Positions 9,749-22,216 of a stretch of DNA of 64,000 nucleotides are shown here, one piece after another (positions within the stretch are counted from its first letter, which is position 1; each line of letters starts with the position of its first letter). Under the pieces are notes generated by a model. The model did not search any database. It saw nothing but the letters and a program-made list of their open reading frames with translations, and had not been told where the DNA came from. The stretch is from Sedimentisphaerales bacterium (GTDB lineage Bacteria > Planctomycetota > Phycisphaerae > Sedimentisphaerales > SM23-30): NCBI GenBank assembly GCA_963663965.2, contig CAXXFK010000010.1:32001-96000 (forward strand). Reading direction: 5' to 3'. The position numbers and the translations under genes were made by a program.

Positions 9749-11097
9749 TGGAACCATCCTTGCGTACGATATTGGATGAATTATCGGACAGAGTTCATCA
9801 TACCGCAAGTACGATCGCAAGCAAATTTCATGAGTTGCCATCTTCTTCTCAGGATCAGCCCCTGCTCGAACGATTGCCTTATGACCTGCTTGACAGTTTT
9901 AATTCCATCCTGGAATTGTTTGAACAAACTTCACAAGAAAGACAAACGCTTTCCAACGAACTTTTTCAAACCTACAATATCTTGAATACCACTTTCGATA
10001 CGACCTTGGCGGTGGCAAATTGTCAGACAGCCCGTCATGCGATCGAAACGCTTTGTGATAAAATTTCCCAATCGATCTCGACCGGCTACACACTGGTTAT
10101 CGGCCCATTATCTTCTCATTTTGATTCCCCTTTTCATCTTGTCGATCCTAATGACCAATCCGTCACGGGAATTGCCGATCTCACCCCGGATCCATCGCTG
10201 CGCGCGCCCGCGTTCAAATTTGTTCAGGATCACGCACAGGATCTTCTGGTCCTGTTTAAATCCAACCAGGATTGCCTGGTCAAAATGATCGATTATAAAG
10301 GGGATGCGGATCTGGATCATGATGGGCGCGGCAATGTGATGCTGGTTCACTTATCCGGATCGCATGACGAACTGTCCCAGTCGGCTTTGCTTTTTATCCG
10401 AAATGATTCGCAGGAACCGTTTGTGGCCGTCGAAATGAATCTGGCCAACAGCCTGTGCAGCATGTGCTCGGCGGTGATGGGAAACATCATCTTTGCCGAA
10501 AAGCTGAATCGATCGTTTGTGCAAACGATCGCCTCTCTGGTGCGCGCCATGGAGGCAAAAGATGAATATACCTGCGGACATTCAAACCGCGTTTCGGATA
10601 TCGCCTGTGAAATTGGCCGTCATATGGGATTCGATCATGACCGGATCAATCAGTTGCAATGGGCAGGCCTGCTGCATGATATTGGTAAAATCGGGATCCA
10701 TGAAGACATTCTTTGCAAACCCGGCCGCCTGACGGATGATGAATATAAAATCATCAAAACGCATCCGGATAAAAGTTATAAAGTACTGGAACCGGTTGAA
10801 GCGCTGAAAGAGATTCTGCCGGCGGTAAGACATCATCATGAACACTTTGATGGCAGCGGCTATCCGGATAAACTGGCCGGAGACAATATTCCGCTGATTG
10901 CCCGGATTATCCAGGTGGCCGATATCTGGGATGCCCTGACTTCTACCCGGTCTTATCGCAAAGCCATGCCGGCGGACAAGGCCATATCGATCCTTGAAAA
11001 GGAAGCGGGAACCACGATGGATCCCAATATTGTCAGGCAATTCATTCACATGCTGGACAACCATCCCGAATGGCTGCCGGTTGAATCACCGGATTGA
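9748..11097 (+). CDS. HD-GYP domain phosphodiesterase
   Basis: EAKDEYTCGHSNRV, LLHDIGKIG, HHHEHFDGSGYP, VADIWDALTSTRSYR; TAATG-coupled to the regulator. Confidence 0.93.
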   Translation: MEPSLRTILDELSDRVHHTASTIASKFHELPSSSQDQPLLERLPYDLLDSFNSILELFEQTSQERQTLSNELFQTYNILNTTFDTTLAVANCQTARHAIETLCDKISQSISTGYTLVIGPLSSHFDSPFHLVDPNDQSVTGIADLTPDPSLRAPAFKFVQDHAQDLLVLFKSNQDCLVKMIDYKGDADLDHDGRGNVMLVHLSGSHDELSQSALLFIRNDSQEPFVAVEMNLANSLCSMCSAVMGNIIFAEKLNRSFVQTIASLVRAMEAKDEYTCGHSNRVSDIACEIGRHMGFDHDRINQLQWAGLLHDIGKIGIHEDILCKPGRLTDDEYKIIKTHPDKSYKVLEPVEALKEILPAVRHHHEHFDGSGYPDKLAGDNIPLIARIIQVADIWDALTSTRSYRKAMPADKAISILEKEAGTTMDPNIVRQFIHMLDNHPEWLPVESPD

Positions 11098-11110
11098 TCC
11101 CCCCAAAGAT

Positions 11111-12052
11111 CTAAATTGCGAAATCGGGAACATAACCTCGCGACAATACCGAACAGCGATTGCGATATTTCAATTCAGCCGGTTTGGAGGATACGGTACA
11201 GCCCGGCGGCACTGAACTGGTTAAAAAGACCCCCCCCCCAATCGTTGCCCCCTTGCCGATGATCACATTGCCCAGTATCGAAGCGTTGGAATAAACAATC
11301 ACATCATCCTCTAAAGTGGGATGCCGTTTATGACCGCGGATGATGAGCCCTTCCTCATCATGAGGAAAACTGATGGCTCCCAGCGTCACTCCCTGATACA
11401 GCTTGCAATTATCACCAATAACGGCAGTCTCACCAATGACGACCCCTGTTCCATGATCAATGAAAAATCCCTTGCCGATCTGTGCGCCAGGATGAATATC
11501 GATACCGGTACGACTGTGGGCGCTTTCAGACATCATTCTCGGCATCAGAGGTACTTTTAACTCCCATAAAAGATGGGCGAGCCGATAAATAGTCATGGCG
11601 ATTACCGACGGATAACTGAATACAATTTCATCCGTATCCTGAGCGGCCGGATCGCCTTTATAAGCGGAAATAATATCCAGTGACAACCGCTCACGAATAA
11701 GGGGTAATGCCTCCAAAACCATCAGGGTCACTTGCCGGGCATGGTTTTCATGACTTTCATCCGAGCCGGTTTTTCGACTGGCGAAACATAAATAGATTTG
11801 CTGATAGAATAAATTCGCGATGGCGCCAATCTGATTTCGTAATAACTGTCCAATTTCCTGCTTCTTGACATTGGCGCTGCCAAAAAAACCAGGATAAATT
11901 GTTTCAAAAAACAATTCAATAATTGCATTCACCTTATCCCGGGAAGGCATTTGGCAGTCTATATGCTGTAACCTGTTCAATGCCAGATAATTATCAAAAA
12001 GAGCGGCAACCAGGCTATCTATCTTGTGATTTATGTCAATGTTATTTATCAC
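11111..12052 (-). CDS. cysE: Serine O-acetyltransferase (long form)
   Basis: GDPAA, YRLAH, TGIDIHPGAQIGKGFFIDHGTGVVIGETAVIG, KRHPTL. Confidence 0.92.
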   Translation of the reverse strand: MINNIDINHKIDSLVAALFDNYLALNRLQHIDCQMPSRDKVNAIIELFFETIYPGFFGSANVKKQEIGQLLRNQIGAIANLFYQQIYLCFASRKTGSDESHENHARQVTLMVLEALPLIRERLSLDIISAYKGDPAAQDTDEIVFSYPSVIAMTIYRLAHLLWELKVPLMPRMMSESAHSRTGIDIHPGAQIGKGFFIDHGTGVVIGETAVIGDNCKLYQGVTLGAISFPHDEEGLIIRGHKRHPTLEDDVIVYSNASILGNVIIGKGATIGGGVFLTSSVPPGCTVSSKPAELKYRNRCSVLSRGYVPDFAI

Positions 12053-12197
12053 GTTACTCTCTGTTTGGCATGCCCATCATACTCACATCCACAAACTTCA
12101 GGAGCTACTACACATTTAGCTTATTGTCAATCATAACAAACAATTATATGAATCGTAGATAGATATTACAAAATTTAATTTTTATCTTAATTTCCTA

Positions 12198-12226
12198 TTG
12201 ACAAAAATGTTACCCCAAGATTTAAT
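12198..12226 (+). promoter_or_regulatory. Sigma70-type promoter for tRNA-Glu
   Basis: TTGACA (12198-12203), 17-bp spacer, TTTAAT (12221-12226), 30 bp upstream of the tRNA. Confidence 0.6.
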
Positions 12227-12255
12227 AGCAATCCTTTAATTTTAATCAAAAGGAG

Positions 12256-12328
12256 GCCCCCATCGTCTAGCGGCCTAGGATACCAGGTTCTCATCCTGGC
12301 GACAGGGGTTCGAGTCCCCTTGGGGGTA
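12256..12328 (+). tRNA. tRNA-Glu, anticodon CTC, CCA not encoded
   Basis: Acceptor GCCCCCA/TGGGGGT, D arm with TAGCGG, anticodon arm CCAGG-TTCTCAT-CCTGG, T arm AGGGG-TTCGAGT-CCCCT, discriminator A. Confidence 0.96.
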
Positions 12329-12950
12329 TCCGCTGTAAGTTATTGTAATTGCAAGAGTTAGCAACATTTCGCAAAGTCTCGCAGCTATCATGACTTACAG
12401 CATTTTTTATGTTTGCCCTGATTTTTTCTTTCGCGCGGTTGCGAGCCGTTTCTCGCCTATACTGTACCAGATTCTGTGCCGCGCGTTTGAAATGTTCTTC
12501 TGTGATTTGCAGGCAATGCTTCTTAGCAATTTCTGGGCTATTGCCGATCCACTCGGTCACTACATGGATAGGGAAATCCTCTACTAATTCGGTCTCTCGA
12601 CTGGAGCGTAGGTTCTGGAATATCTTAGGCCATGGGTTTATCCCCGCCCTTCTGATTATCCAGTGAGCCTGTGTACGCAAATTCTGGCTATTGACATCAT
12701 ATATGGTTATTACTCTGCTTTCGCCTTCTTGAGCAAGCTCATAGGCTTCCTGAAGGTACGGTAATAGTTCAGGGAATAATGGCACTATTCGTGATTCTTT
12801 ACCTTCGATATGTTCGGTCTTTGGGCTTGGGACGATAAACCGCCCTTTATCCCATAGAATATTGTCCCATGTTAAGCCGTATAGCTCCGATGGTATTCTA
12901 AGGCCGCCATAGCGAGAAAGAGCAAATATCAACCGGCGATCCCAATTCAA
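12291..12950 (-). pseudogene. Tyrosine recombinase/integrase remnant (catalytic domain only)
   Basis: [39 protein letters not shown]-terminal domains absent; Cys where the catalytic Tyr is expected; 3' end overlaps the tRNA antisense. Confidence 0.85.
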
Positions 12951-13184
12951 ATTTCTAATGGGGGGTTATGCAAACAGGCTCACAAACCAGAATAAAACAA
13001 ATTTATTGGATCCAAACTCTTTTCAACCTCTCAAAGCCACCATACCAACCAAAACAATATCACCATAACTCATTTATTAACATGATGATATCCAACTTTT
13101 CCTAACAGTAAACCCTGCACAATTTGAAGCACAAAAATAAATTCAAATCATTCATTTAATATATCATCAAATTTTATAAAAGCA

Positions 13185-13214
13185 TTGATTAAACTCTACA
13201 ATTCATGCTATAAT
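13185..13214 (+). promoter_or_regulatory. Possible sigma70 promoter for the giant CotH/lamin-tail gene
   Basis: TTGATT, 18-bp spacer, extended -10 TGcTATAAT; AT-rich context lowers specificity. Confidence 0.35.
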
Positions 13215-13515
13215 GTCTCTGACGTATAATTAATCGTTTTCTAGCAAACATTTCATCTTACTGCCATCAGTCATTAGGAATTCCAAAAAACCTTAATTTG
13301 GTTTGCTACTAATGCATCCTGGTCCAGAAGCTTCTTTGATAAAGCATCGAGTTCAAACAAGCCCGGTATAATGAATCATCACGCGATCCGTTCCCCCCTT
13401 TAGTATGATTCATTAGTTCATTAAATCTTTATTGAAACCCTCGTCCAAAATCCTCCGATTTATAGTTAGTATCATCCCTGCTTAAAGTTAAAAGTTATAT
13501 TGCATTGGAGAAGAT

Positions 13516-16500
13516 ATGAACCTGAAATTCAAAAGCCTCTTTATTACTCTGATTTTAGCCCTCAGTCTCTGTGCGTCAGTCTGGTCATATTGCCCCTCAG
13601 CAGACCTGAATGGTGACTGTAATGTTGATATCGAGGACTTAGTTCAATTCAGCTGGGACTGGCTTGTCGGTTCAAACCCCCTGGCCAATCTGGATGGTCA
13701 ACCCGGGGTTAACAGCTCTGATTTTGCCATTTTAGCCGAACAATGGCAAAGTACAGGCCAACCCATTACCTTGGTTATCAACGAATTCATGGCCGATAAC
13801 TCAGATTTCTTCTTCGATAGCTATGGAGACGCTGATGACTGGATCGAACTCTACAACTATGGCGCCGAAGCCATAGACATTGGGGGTATGTATATCACGG
13901 ATGATCAGTTAAGCCTGACCCCCTATCAAATACCGGCCACGTCTCCCGAACAAACCACTATCGCCGCCGGCGGCTACCTGATCCTCTGGGCGGATAGAGA
14001 AATGAACCAGGGCCCCCTTCATGTCGATTTCAAACTCTCTGCCTCCGGTGGTGAAGATATTGTCCTGCTGGATAGCAATCGCCATCTGATTACCCGCTTC
14101 ATCGACTTTGGCCCCCAGGCAACCAACCATTCTTACGGGAGGTATCCTGATGGCGGTACCAGCTGGCAAGATTTCGTTCCGGATACGGCCTCTGCCCCGA
14201 CTCCCAATCAGAGCAACGGTGGGCGCCTGCCGGAAGATGGCATCTTAATTACTGAACTGATGTACCATCCCTATAATGACTCTCATCCACTCGTCGAAGA
14301 TATCCGCGAAGAGTATCTGGAAATCTACAATAGCAGTTTCAGCGCCGTCAACCTCGAACACTGGCGAATAACCGACGGGGTTACCTATCAATTCCCCGCC
14401 ATATCGCTTGAACCGGGTGAATATCTCGTCATTGCATCCGATCCCAATATATTCCAGCTAAAATATCCCGATGTCACGAATATGATTGGTGGCTGGGAGG
14501 GTCGCTTAAGCAATAGCGGCGAAAAAGTCGAGCTGACCAACGCTCTGGGTAAAGTTATCGATCAGGTTCGTTACGCCGATCAGGGTGAATGGGCGCAACG
14601 GATACTGGGTCCAATCGATAATTACCATCGTGGCTGGAAATGGGCCGATGAACATGACGGACTGGGTTACAGTCTGGAATTGACTAATACCACACTATCG
14701 AACGAATATGGCAGTCTCTGGCGGGCCGGTACCGAACTGCAAGGCACGCCGGGCCGCAAGAATTCCACTGACCTGAACGACCGGACAGGCGGCGCCGCAC
14801 CCGTCATTACCAGCGCCCGCCATAAGCCTTTTGTTCCGCGAGATAACGATATGGTCACGGTCACAGCCGAAGTCATCGATGAAGCCATAGAAAGTGCTAC
14901 GGTATTGCTATACTACCGGATAGACGGCCAGCCATCCTTTGACGCCATAGCCATGTCGGTCGATCCGTTAAGCGATACGTTACTTCCCGGCCATCGCCTT
15001 TATACGGCCACCTTGCCCTCTCAACCGGATAAAACCGTTGTTGAGTTTTATGTCGAAGCCGCAGATATTGAAGGAAATATCAGAACGATGCCGGCGCCCT
15101 GTAACGTAGATGGATCCATGGAACAACGGGCAAACTGTCTCTACCAGGTAGACAACAGCTATGATCCGCAAACCGCCTGGCAACCCGGTTCCCAGCCCAT
15201 CTATCGCATCATTATGACCGAAGCCGAACGCGCTGAATTAAACCAGATCGGCTTGGGCACCAACAGCACCGAAGAACAAAGCGATGCCCAGATGAACGCC
15301 ACCTTTATCAGCCTGGATGGCGTCGATATGAAAATGCGTTACAACGTGGGCGTACGCAATCGCGGCCATGGCACTCGCACCTCCCGCCCCAATAATTACC
15401 GCGTTAATTTCCGCACGGACGATCCCTGGAAAGAAGTCGTCGCCATTAATCTGAACACTCAATACACCTGGCTCCAACTCACCGGCAGCGCCCTGTTCCA
15501 GCGCTGCGGCCTGGCCACCGGCGATGCCACTGCCGTTCAGGTCCGCGTCAATGGCAATAATCTGGCCAATTCCGGCTCGCCACAATACGGCAGCTATGTC
15601 CACATCGAAGCCATTAACAGCGAATATGCCGACCATCAGTTCCCCGGCAACGGGGCCGGCAACGCTTATAAATGCCTGCGTGTCGGTACCGAAGCCGACC
15701 TTCGCTACGAAGGCCAGAATCCAGACACCTACCGCAGTCGCTATAGCAAAGAAACCAATGAATCCCAGGATGACTGGAGCGATTTGATCGAACTGACTTA
15801 TGTACTCAACATGACATCCGATGAACAGTATATCGAAGAACTGAATCGGGTTGTCAATGTCGAGCAGTGGCTCCGCTTCCTGGCGCTCAATATCATGCTG
15901 GACAACAGCGAAACCACCCTGGCAAATGGTAATGGTGATGATTACTATCTCTATCGCGGCAGCGCTGATACCCGTTTTATCCTGATCCAGCACGACCTGG
16001 ACTCTATCCTCGGCCAGGGCCAGTCCATCGGCTCGGCCACCGCCGAAATATTCCCCTTTATGTCCGGATCCGGTGATAGCGCCATTGCCGCCCTGCAGCG
16101 TATGGTCAGCCATCCGCAACTGGCCGGCCGCTATTACGGCCACTTAAAAGACTTGTGCGATACTATATTGGCCCCAGAACAATTCGACCCCTTCATGGAT
16201 AATCTGTTATCCGGTTTTGTCCCCGCCCAGACCATTAACGCCATCAAATCCTGGATGGTTACCCGGCGCGCTCATGTCCTGTCGCTGATTCCATCGGAGT
16301 TTACCGTAGAGACAAACCTGACTAAAACCGGTGATTATTATCAAACCGGCGCCGATATGGTGGCGCTGAACGGCACGGCCGATGCTATCCATACCCGCTC
16401 TATTCTGGTGAACGGCCTGCCCGCGCAATGGTCCGCGCTATCGGGTATATGGTCACTCGGAGAAGGTTCCGGCGGCGTCGAAGAGTCGATGATCATTCCG

Positions 16501-19500
16501 CGAGGTTCATCCTGGCAATACCTCGATGATGGCAGCAATCAGGGCACTGCATGGCAGGAAATCAACTACGATGACAGTAGTTGGAAAGGCCCCCAGGCCA
16601 CCCAGTTGGGCTATGGCGATGGCGATGAAACCTCACCCGCAGTGACCTATATCGATACCGATCCCGGTACCAGTGGAACGCAGAAAAACATTACCACCTA
16701 TTTTCGTATGAAATTTGAAATAGATGATCCTTCTCAATATACTAATTTACGGATTGGTTTGTTGTGTGATGATGGCGGTATCGTCTATCTGAATGGTCAT
16801 CAAATTTGCACTTATAATTTATCAACCACCCCGGTCACTTATACCACCCCTGCCGATCAGGCTATCAGCGGAGGTGACGAAGATGTATTCAATGAATATA
16901 ACATCAATACCGACTATCTGGTCAGCGGCACGAACATCCTGGCGGTCGAAATCCATCAGGCTAACCAAACGAGTTCTGATCTGAGTTTCGATTTTGAAAT
17001 GGCCGGAATTCTGGATACCAGCAATGTCATAGACGGTGTCCCCATCCATCCCGGCATCACCCGTATCCTGGTACAGGCCTATGATGGTCCTGCCGGTAGC
17101 GGCCATGTAATTGACAGCCAGGCAATCGATGTCTGGCAAAACAGCAGCACCCCAACCGAAATATCCGGCACACTCACTCAAGACACAACCCTGATCGCAT
17201 CAGAAGGGCCCTATATGATTACTGGGGACCTCATCGTGCCTTCGGGCATCCTCTTGATAGTCGAACCGGGAACAACCCTGTTCTTTAATTCTGGAACCGG
17301 TATCACCGTCAATGGTACTCTCCAGGCCGAAGGCAATGAATATGCCCATATTCGCATGGCGCCCAATCCGCAATCAGCCACCCGCTGGGATGGCATCGCT
17401 ATCAGAAACACCCTGACAGACAACCGGTTGCAGTTTGTGGATATGGAATTCGGAGATGGACAGGGCGACTCGATCATTGTCAACCAGGCCCGGGCCTTTA
17501 TGAATTACATGACCTTTACCAGTACCAACAGTTCCACCGCCCTGATGGAATTGACTCATCCATCGGCAGTTATCCGAAATTGTGTCTTCCCATCCATCAG
17601 CGGCACGGAACCGCTGCACGGCACCGGACTGTCGGGTGATGAATACCTGATTTTCGATCAGTGTACCTTCGGTATTTCCACTGGCTATAATGACATCATG
17701 GACTTCACCGGCGGCCAGCGGCCCGGTCCCATCATCCAGTTCTATAACAACCTGTGGCTGGGTGGCGGCGATGACGGTCCGGACCTGGATAGCACCGACG
17801 CCCATATTGAAGGCAACCTGTTCACCAACTTCCACCAGAACAGCAGCAGCGACAGCACCTCCAACGCGATCGCCACTGGCGATGGTTCGGAAGTCTGCAT
17901 CGTGCGCAATGTTTTCATTAACAATGAACACTGTATCCTGCACAAGGAAGATGTCTACACCTGGGTACAGAATAATGTCTTTATCGATACCGAAATAGCG
18001 GACGTCAGCTTTGGTGAACCGTTCAGAAATCCACCACGCACTCCCGGCCGCGGGACCTATATGGATAGCAATATTCATTATAACTCCGCCGCCTTGTTCG
18101 AACATTTCTTCGATAACCCGGCGGATTACGGCCCAACCGGCCCGATCTACATTTACCGCTCCATACTTCCCCAGCAATGGCATTATCTGGGCTCGGACAA
18201 TCTGGATACCGATCCAATGTTTATCGATTTCCCGGCGGACCTCGGTCTGCAAACCGGCTCACCAGCCATTGGAACCGGTATCAACGGCCTGGACCGGGGC
18301 TACCTGGTACCGGCCGGCGCTTCCATTTCCGGTGAACCGGATGGTATTGCAAACAGCGCTCAGGCAACGCTTCAAATCGGCGGCCCCGGTATTATCAGTT
18401 ACAGTTACCGGTTGGTTGATAACGACATCCCCGGTGCCTGGAGCAATGAAATTCTGCTCCCCATCAATGCCGATGATTTCCCGGTCGATCCCGACAACAT
18501 TCTGGGCGTACTGGAAATTACCGGCCTGGAACATGGTCATACTTATCGTGTGGATGTACTGGGACGCAACTCAGCCGGATTATGGCAGGGCCAGACGGTC
18601 GGAATCAATACCGGTTTCATGACTCCCGGCGATCCCCAGGGCACCCCTTCCCGCACCTGGACTGTCGACCTGACCGCCGCGCCGGCATTGTCCTCTGGCG
18701 ATCAACCAGTCCAGTATACGCCCCCGGCCCCGGCGATGGCTGGTTACGGTTACATTACCGAACCGCAGATTCCACTCTTGCCGGCAGATTCAACAATCAC
18801 ATTAGTAGGCGGATCACTCACTACAGATACTATCTGGTCTGCGCAAAACGGACCCTATCAGGTGACGACAACGCTGATTGTTCCGGTTGATGTCACCCTG
18901 ACTATAGAAGCAGGCACTACTGTCTTTTTCGATCCAGGCGCCGAACTTACTGTCTATGGGAAACTGTCTGCCACTGGAACCGGCGATAACCTGATCCATT
19001 TCACCCGGTCACCGTTTAGCGCCGGGATCTGGAACGGGATACAGTTGATAAACACCCAACAGGATAATTACATCGGCTATGCCGTCATTGGCTACGCCGA
19101 AACCAATAACGGGGCCATTGGCCTGAGCAACGCGTCCGCATTGCTGGAATATCTGAGCTGGACCGGCTCGAAACGACGCCTCGTCCGGGCGGACAACGCA
19201 TCATTGATCGTCCGCAATTGCGTATTCCCGGATCGTTTCTCCGCCGCTGAATACCCGGCCGCTGGCGATGACAACCTGGTAGAAGATATCAAAGGGTCCG
19301 GAATTCTCACCGGCGGTCATTTTATTATCGAAAACAATATCTTTGGCGCCAACAAAGGCCACAACGACATTATCGATTTTTCCGGTCCGGGCTTACCGGG
19401 TCCCATCCTGCAGGTGCTGAACAACGTATTTATGGGTTCGGGCGATGAATGCCTGGACCTGGGTGGCGATGCCTGGATAGAAGGCAATCTCTTTATGCAA

Positions 19501-22216
19501 CGTCCACAAGGATGTTTACAATACCGGCACCGGCGACTCGAATGTCGTATCCACCGGCGATGATGATTACGACGCCGTCGTAACCATGGTTCGTAACGTC
19601 TTTTACGATATCGACCATGTCATCGATCTCAAAACCGGCACCTACTTGTATTTCGAACATAATACCGTCGTTGGCATACCGGATGACACCCCCACGACCA
19701 CCTTCTCCGTTTTCAAATTCCTGATCCCCAATCGAGATCCGGAAGGCCGCGGCGCCTGGCTGGATAGCAACATATTCTACGATATTCCACAGCGAATTTT
19801 TGAAAATGTTGATCAGAGCCTGACTGGCGAACCCGGTTTCGTAACCGATCTGGTCATGAATAACTGCCTGCTACCCGCCCAGCGTGCCGGCGATTCAGTC
19901 GGCCAACGTCTGGGAACCATCATGGACCTGGGATCTGGCAATACGGTAGGTGACCCATTATTCGTTGATCCGGCCGGTAATTTCCAGTTACGCCCGGAAT
20001 CGCCCGCCATTGCCGCGGCGCCGGATGGACTGGACTTGGGCGCTATGGTCCCGGCGGGCGCAGCCATTCAAGGCGTCCCACAAGCCTATTCCTGGAATGA
20101 CACCGTAACATTACATATCGGCGGCCCCGGTATCACTGCCTATCGTTACCGGCTCAATCAGAACTCCTGGAGCGGCGCTTACCCGGTTACCGAACCGGTA
20201 ATATTATCCGGCCTGTCTGATGGCGTTCCCTACACCGTAGAAGCCATCGGACTCAACCGCGCCGAACAGTGGCAAAGTGATCAGGCCCCAACCGTGTCAC
20301 CCAACTGGATAGTCGATAGCAGCTACAGCCGCTTAATCTTAAATGAAGTGCTGGCCAAGAACGTCACTGTTCTGGAAAAGAACGCCGCCTGGCCGGACCT
20401 GATTGAACTCTATTATGACGGTGCGGAAACCCTTGACCTGGCCGGTTTCAGCCTGACCGATATCCCAACCAATCCCACTAAATTCGTCTTTCCGGCCGGC
20501 TCGCAAATCGAATCCGGACAGTACCTGGTCCTCTACGCCGATACCTCCCTTGTCAGCGGCGAAATCCACACGGGTTTCGCTTTAGACGACAAAGGTGAAG
20601 GCCTTTATCTCTTCAACCCGGCCGGTCTGTTATTGGATTCCGTTGTCTTTGGATTACAAATCGCGGACCTCTCCATCGGCAGAAACTCGCGAGGCGACTG
20701 GCAGTTATGCGCCCCGACTCTGGGAAATGCCAATATCCAGTATCCTCAGGGAGATCCTGCGAATCTGCGGATCAATGAATGGCTCTGCAACGGGGATGTC
20801 CTGTTCCTGGATGATTTTGTCGAACTGTATAACGCTTCTGCCTGGCCGGTTAATATCGGCGGTCTTTACATCACGGACAATCCGGTCTCCCAGCCGGAAA
20901 AATATCAGTTGGCTCCCCTCAACTTTGTTCCGGGACAGGGATACGCCGTCTTCGATGCCGACGCCCAGAATGACCCGGGACACTTCCCGTTCCGTCTGTC
21001 TGCCGATCTGGGACATATCGCGTTGTTCGAGTCCGATAGCCGAGAAATTGACTGGGTCGTTTACGGCCCGCAAACCTCCGACTTCTCGCAGGGCCTCTTA
21101 AACGAAGATGGCCGGACCTACAGCTTCTTCTCCATTCCCACACCGGGCATCGCCAATCCCGTCACTTCGACGGCCGAAACGATCCAGCTGAACCTGATAC
21201 AGATCGATGACAGCTGGCGTTATAATCAGAATGACAATGACTTGCAGACCGCCTGGAGGGAAACGGGCTATGATGACAGTAGCTGGCCCCAGGGCAATGG
21301 CTTACTCTATGTCGAAGGCTCCACCCTGCCCGCAGTCAAGAGTACTCCCCTGACGATAGGCGCCCAGACCTATTATTTCCGGGGCAGCTTTACCCTGCCC
21401 GAAGACATCGATCTCGCGGATATCCTAACCCTCGACCTGGCGACCGTGATTGACGATGCGGCCGTAATCTATATCAATGGCGTCGAAGCCTTCCGGATCG
21501 GATTCAATTCCGACACTACCGTCACCCATAGTACCTGGTCGGATCGTTCGGTCGATAACGCCACCTATGAATATGCCTCATTAGACCCATCACAGGTGAT
21601 TCTGCAACCCGGCGAAAATACCATTGCCGTGGAAGTGCATCAGGTCACTCCCGGAAGCTCCGATATCGTATTTGGCCTGGCTCTGGACACGACCATCCTG
21701 CAAAGCCAGTCCGTGGATGATCCTTATGCCTTTGCCAGTCAGTTGCTCAGTGATCTGCGCATTACCGAGATCATGTATCATCCCGCCGAAAGTACCGATC
21801 TGGAGTTCATCGAATTACGCAATATCGGTCAGCAGGATCTGGATATTACCGGCGTCAGGCTGGATGTCGGCGTGACCTTTACCTGCCCGGCGATGACGCT
21901 CGCCGCTGGTGAATATACCATTATCGTGAATGACCGTACCCTGTTTGAAGCCAGTTATGGTACCGAATTGAATATTGCCGGTGAATTTCAGGGCAATCTC
22001 AGTAACGGGGGTGAAAACCTGGTCTTACGACTTCCCGATCCATTACAGGCAGCAATCTTGCGAATCGATTATAAAGATACCTGGTATCCCGCCACGGACG
22101 GGAGTGGCTATTCTCTGGTGGCTCGCGATGACTACGCCCCGCCGGCCGATTGGAATCGCATGGCCGGTTGGATGGCCGGATCCCACCTGGGTGGTTCACC
22201 CTGTGCCGGCGAATAA
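13516..22216 (+). CDS. Giant secreted protein (about 2899 aa once one frameshift near 19498 is removed): dockerin-like pair, lamin-tail domains, CotH kinase-like domain, galactose-binding-like domains, two beta-helix modules
   Basis: Signal peptide; ADLNGDCNVDIEDL; repeated INEFMADN/ITELMYHP/LNEVLAKN/INEWLCNG lamin-tail starts; CotH-like RNRGHGTR...DDYYLY...QHDLDSILG; ORFs 13516-19563 and 19586-22216 join after removing 1 nt. Confidence 0.85.

Noticed and set aside
15238..18252. Long antisense ORFs (15238-16143, 17374-18252) and similar shadows such as 35720-36304, 45357-45878 and 58116-58649
   Set aside because: They lie opposite well-supported genes, show no motifs, and are expected from codon bias on the coding strand.
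19490..19565. Programmed ribosomal frameshift in the giant gene
   Set aside because: No slippery X XXY YYZ site or obvious stimulatory structure; a plain 1-nt insertion explains it.
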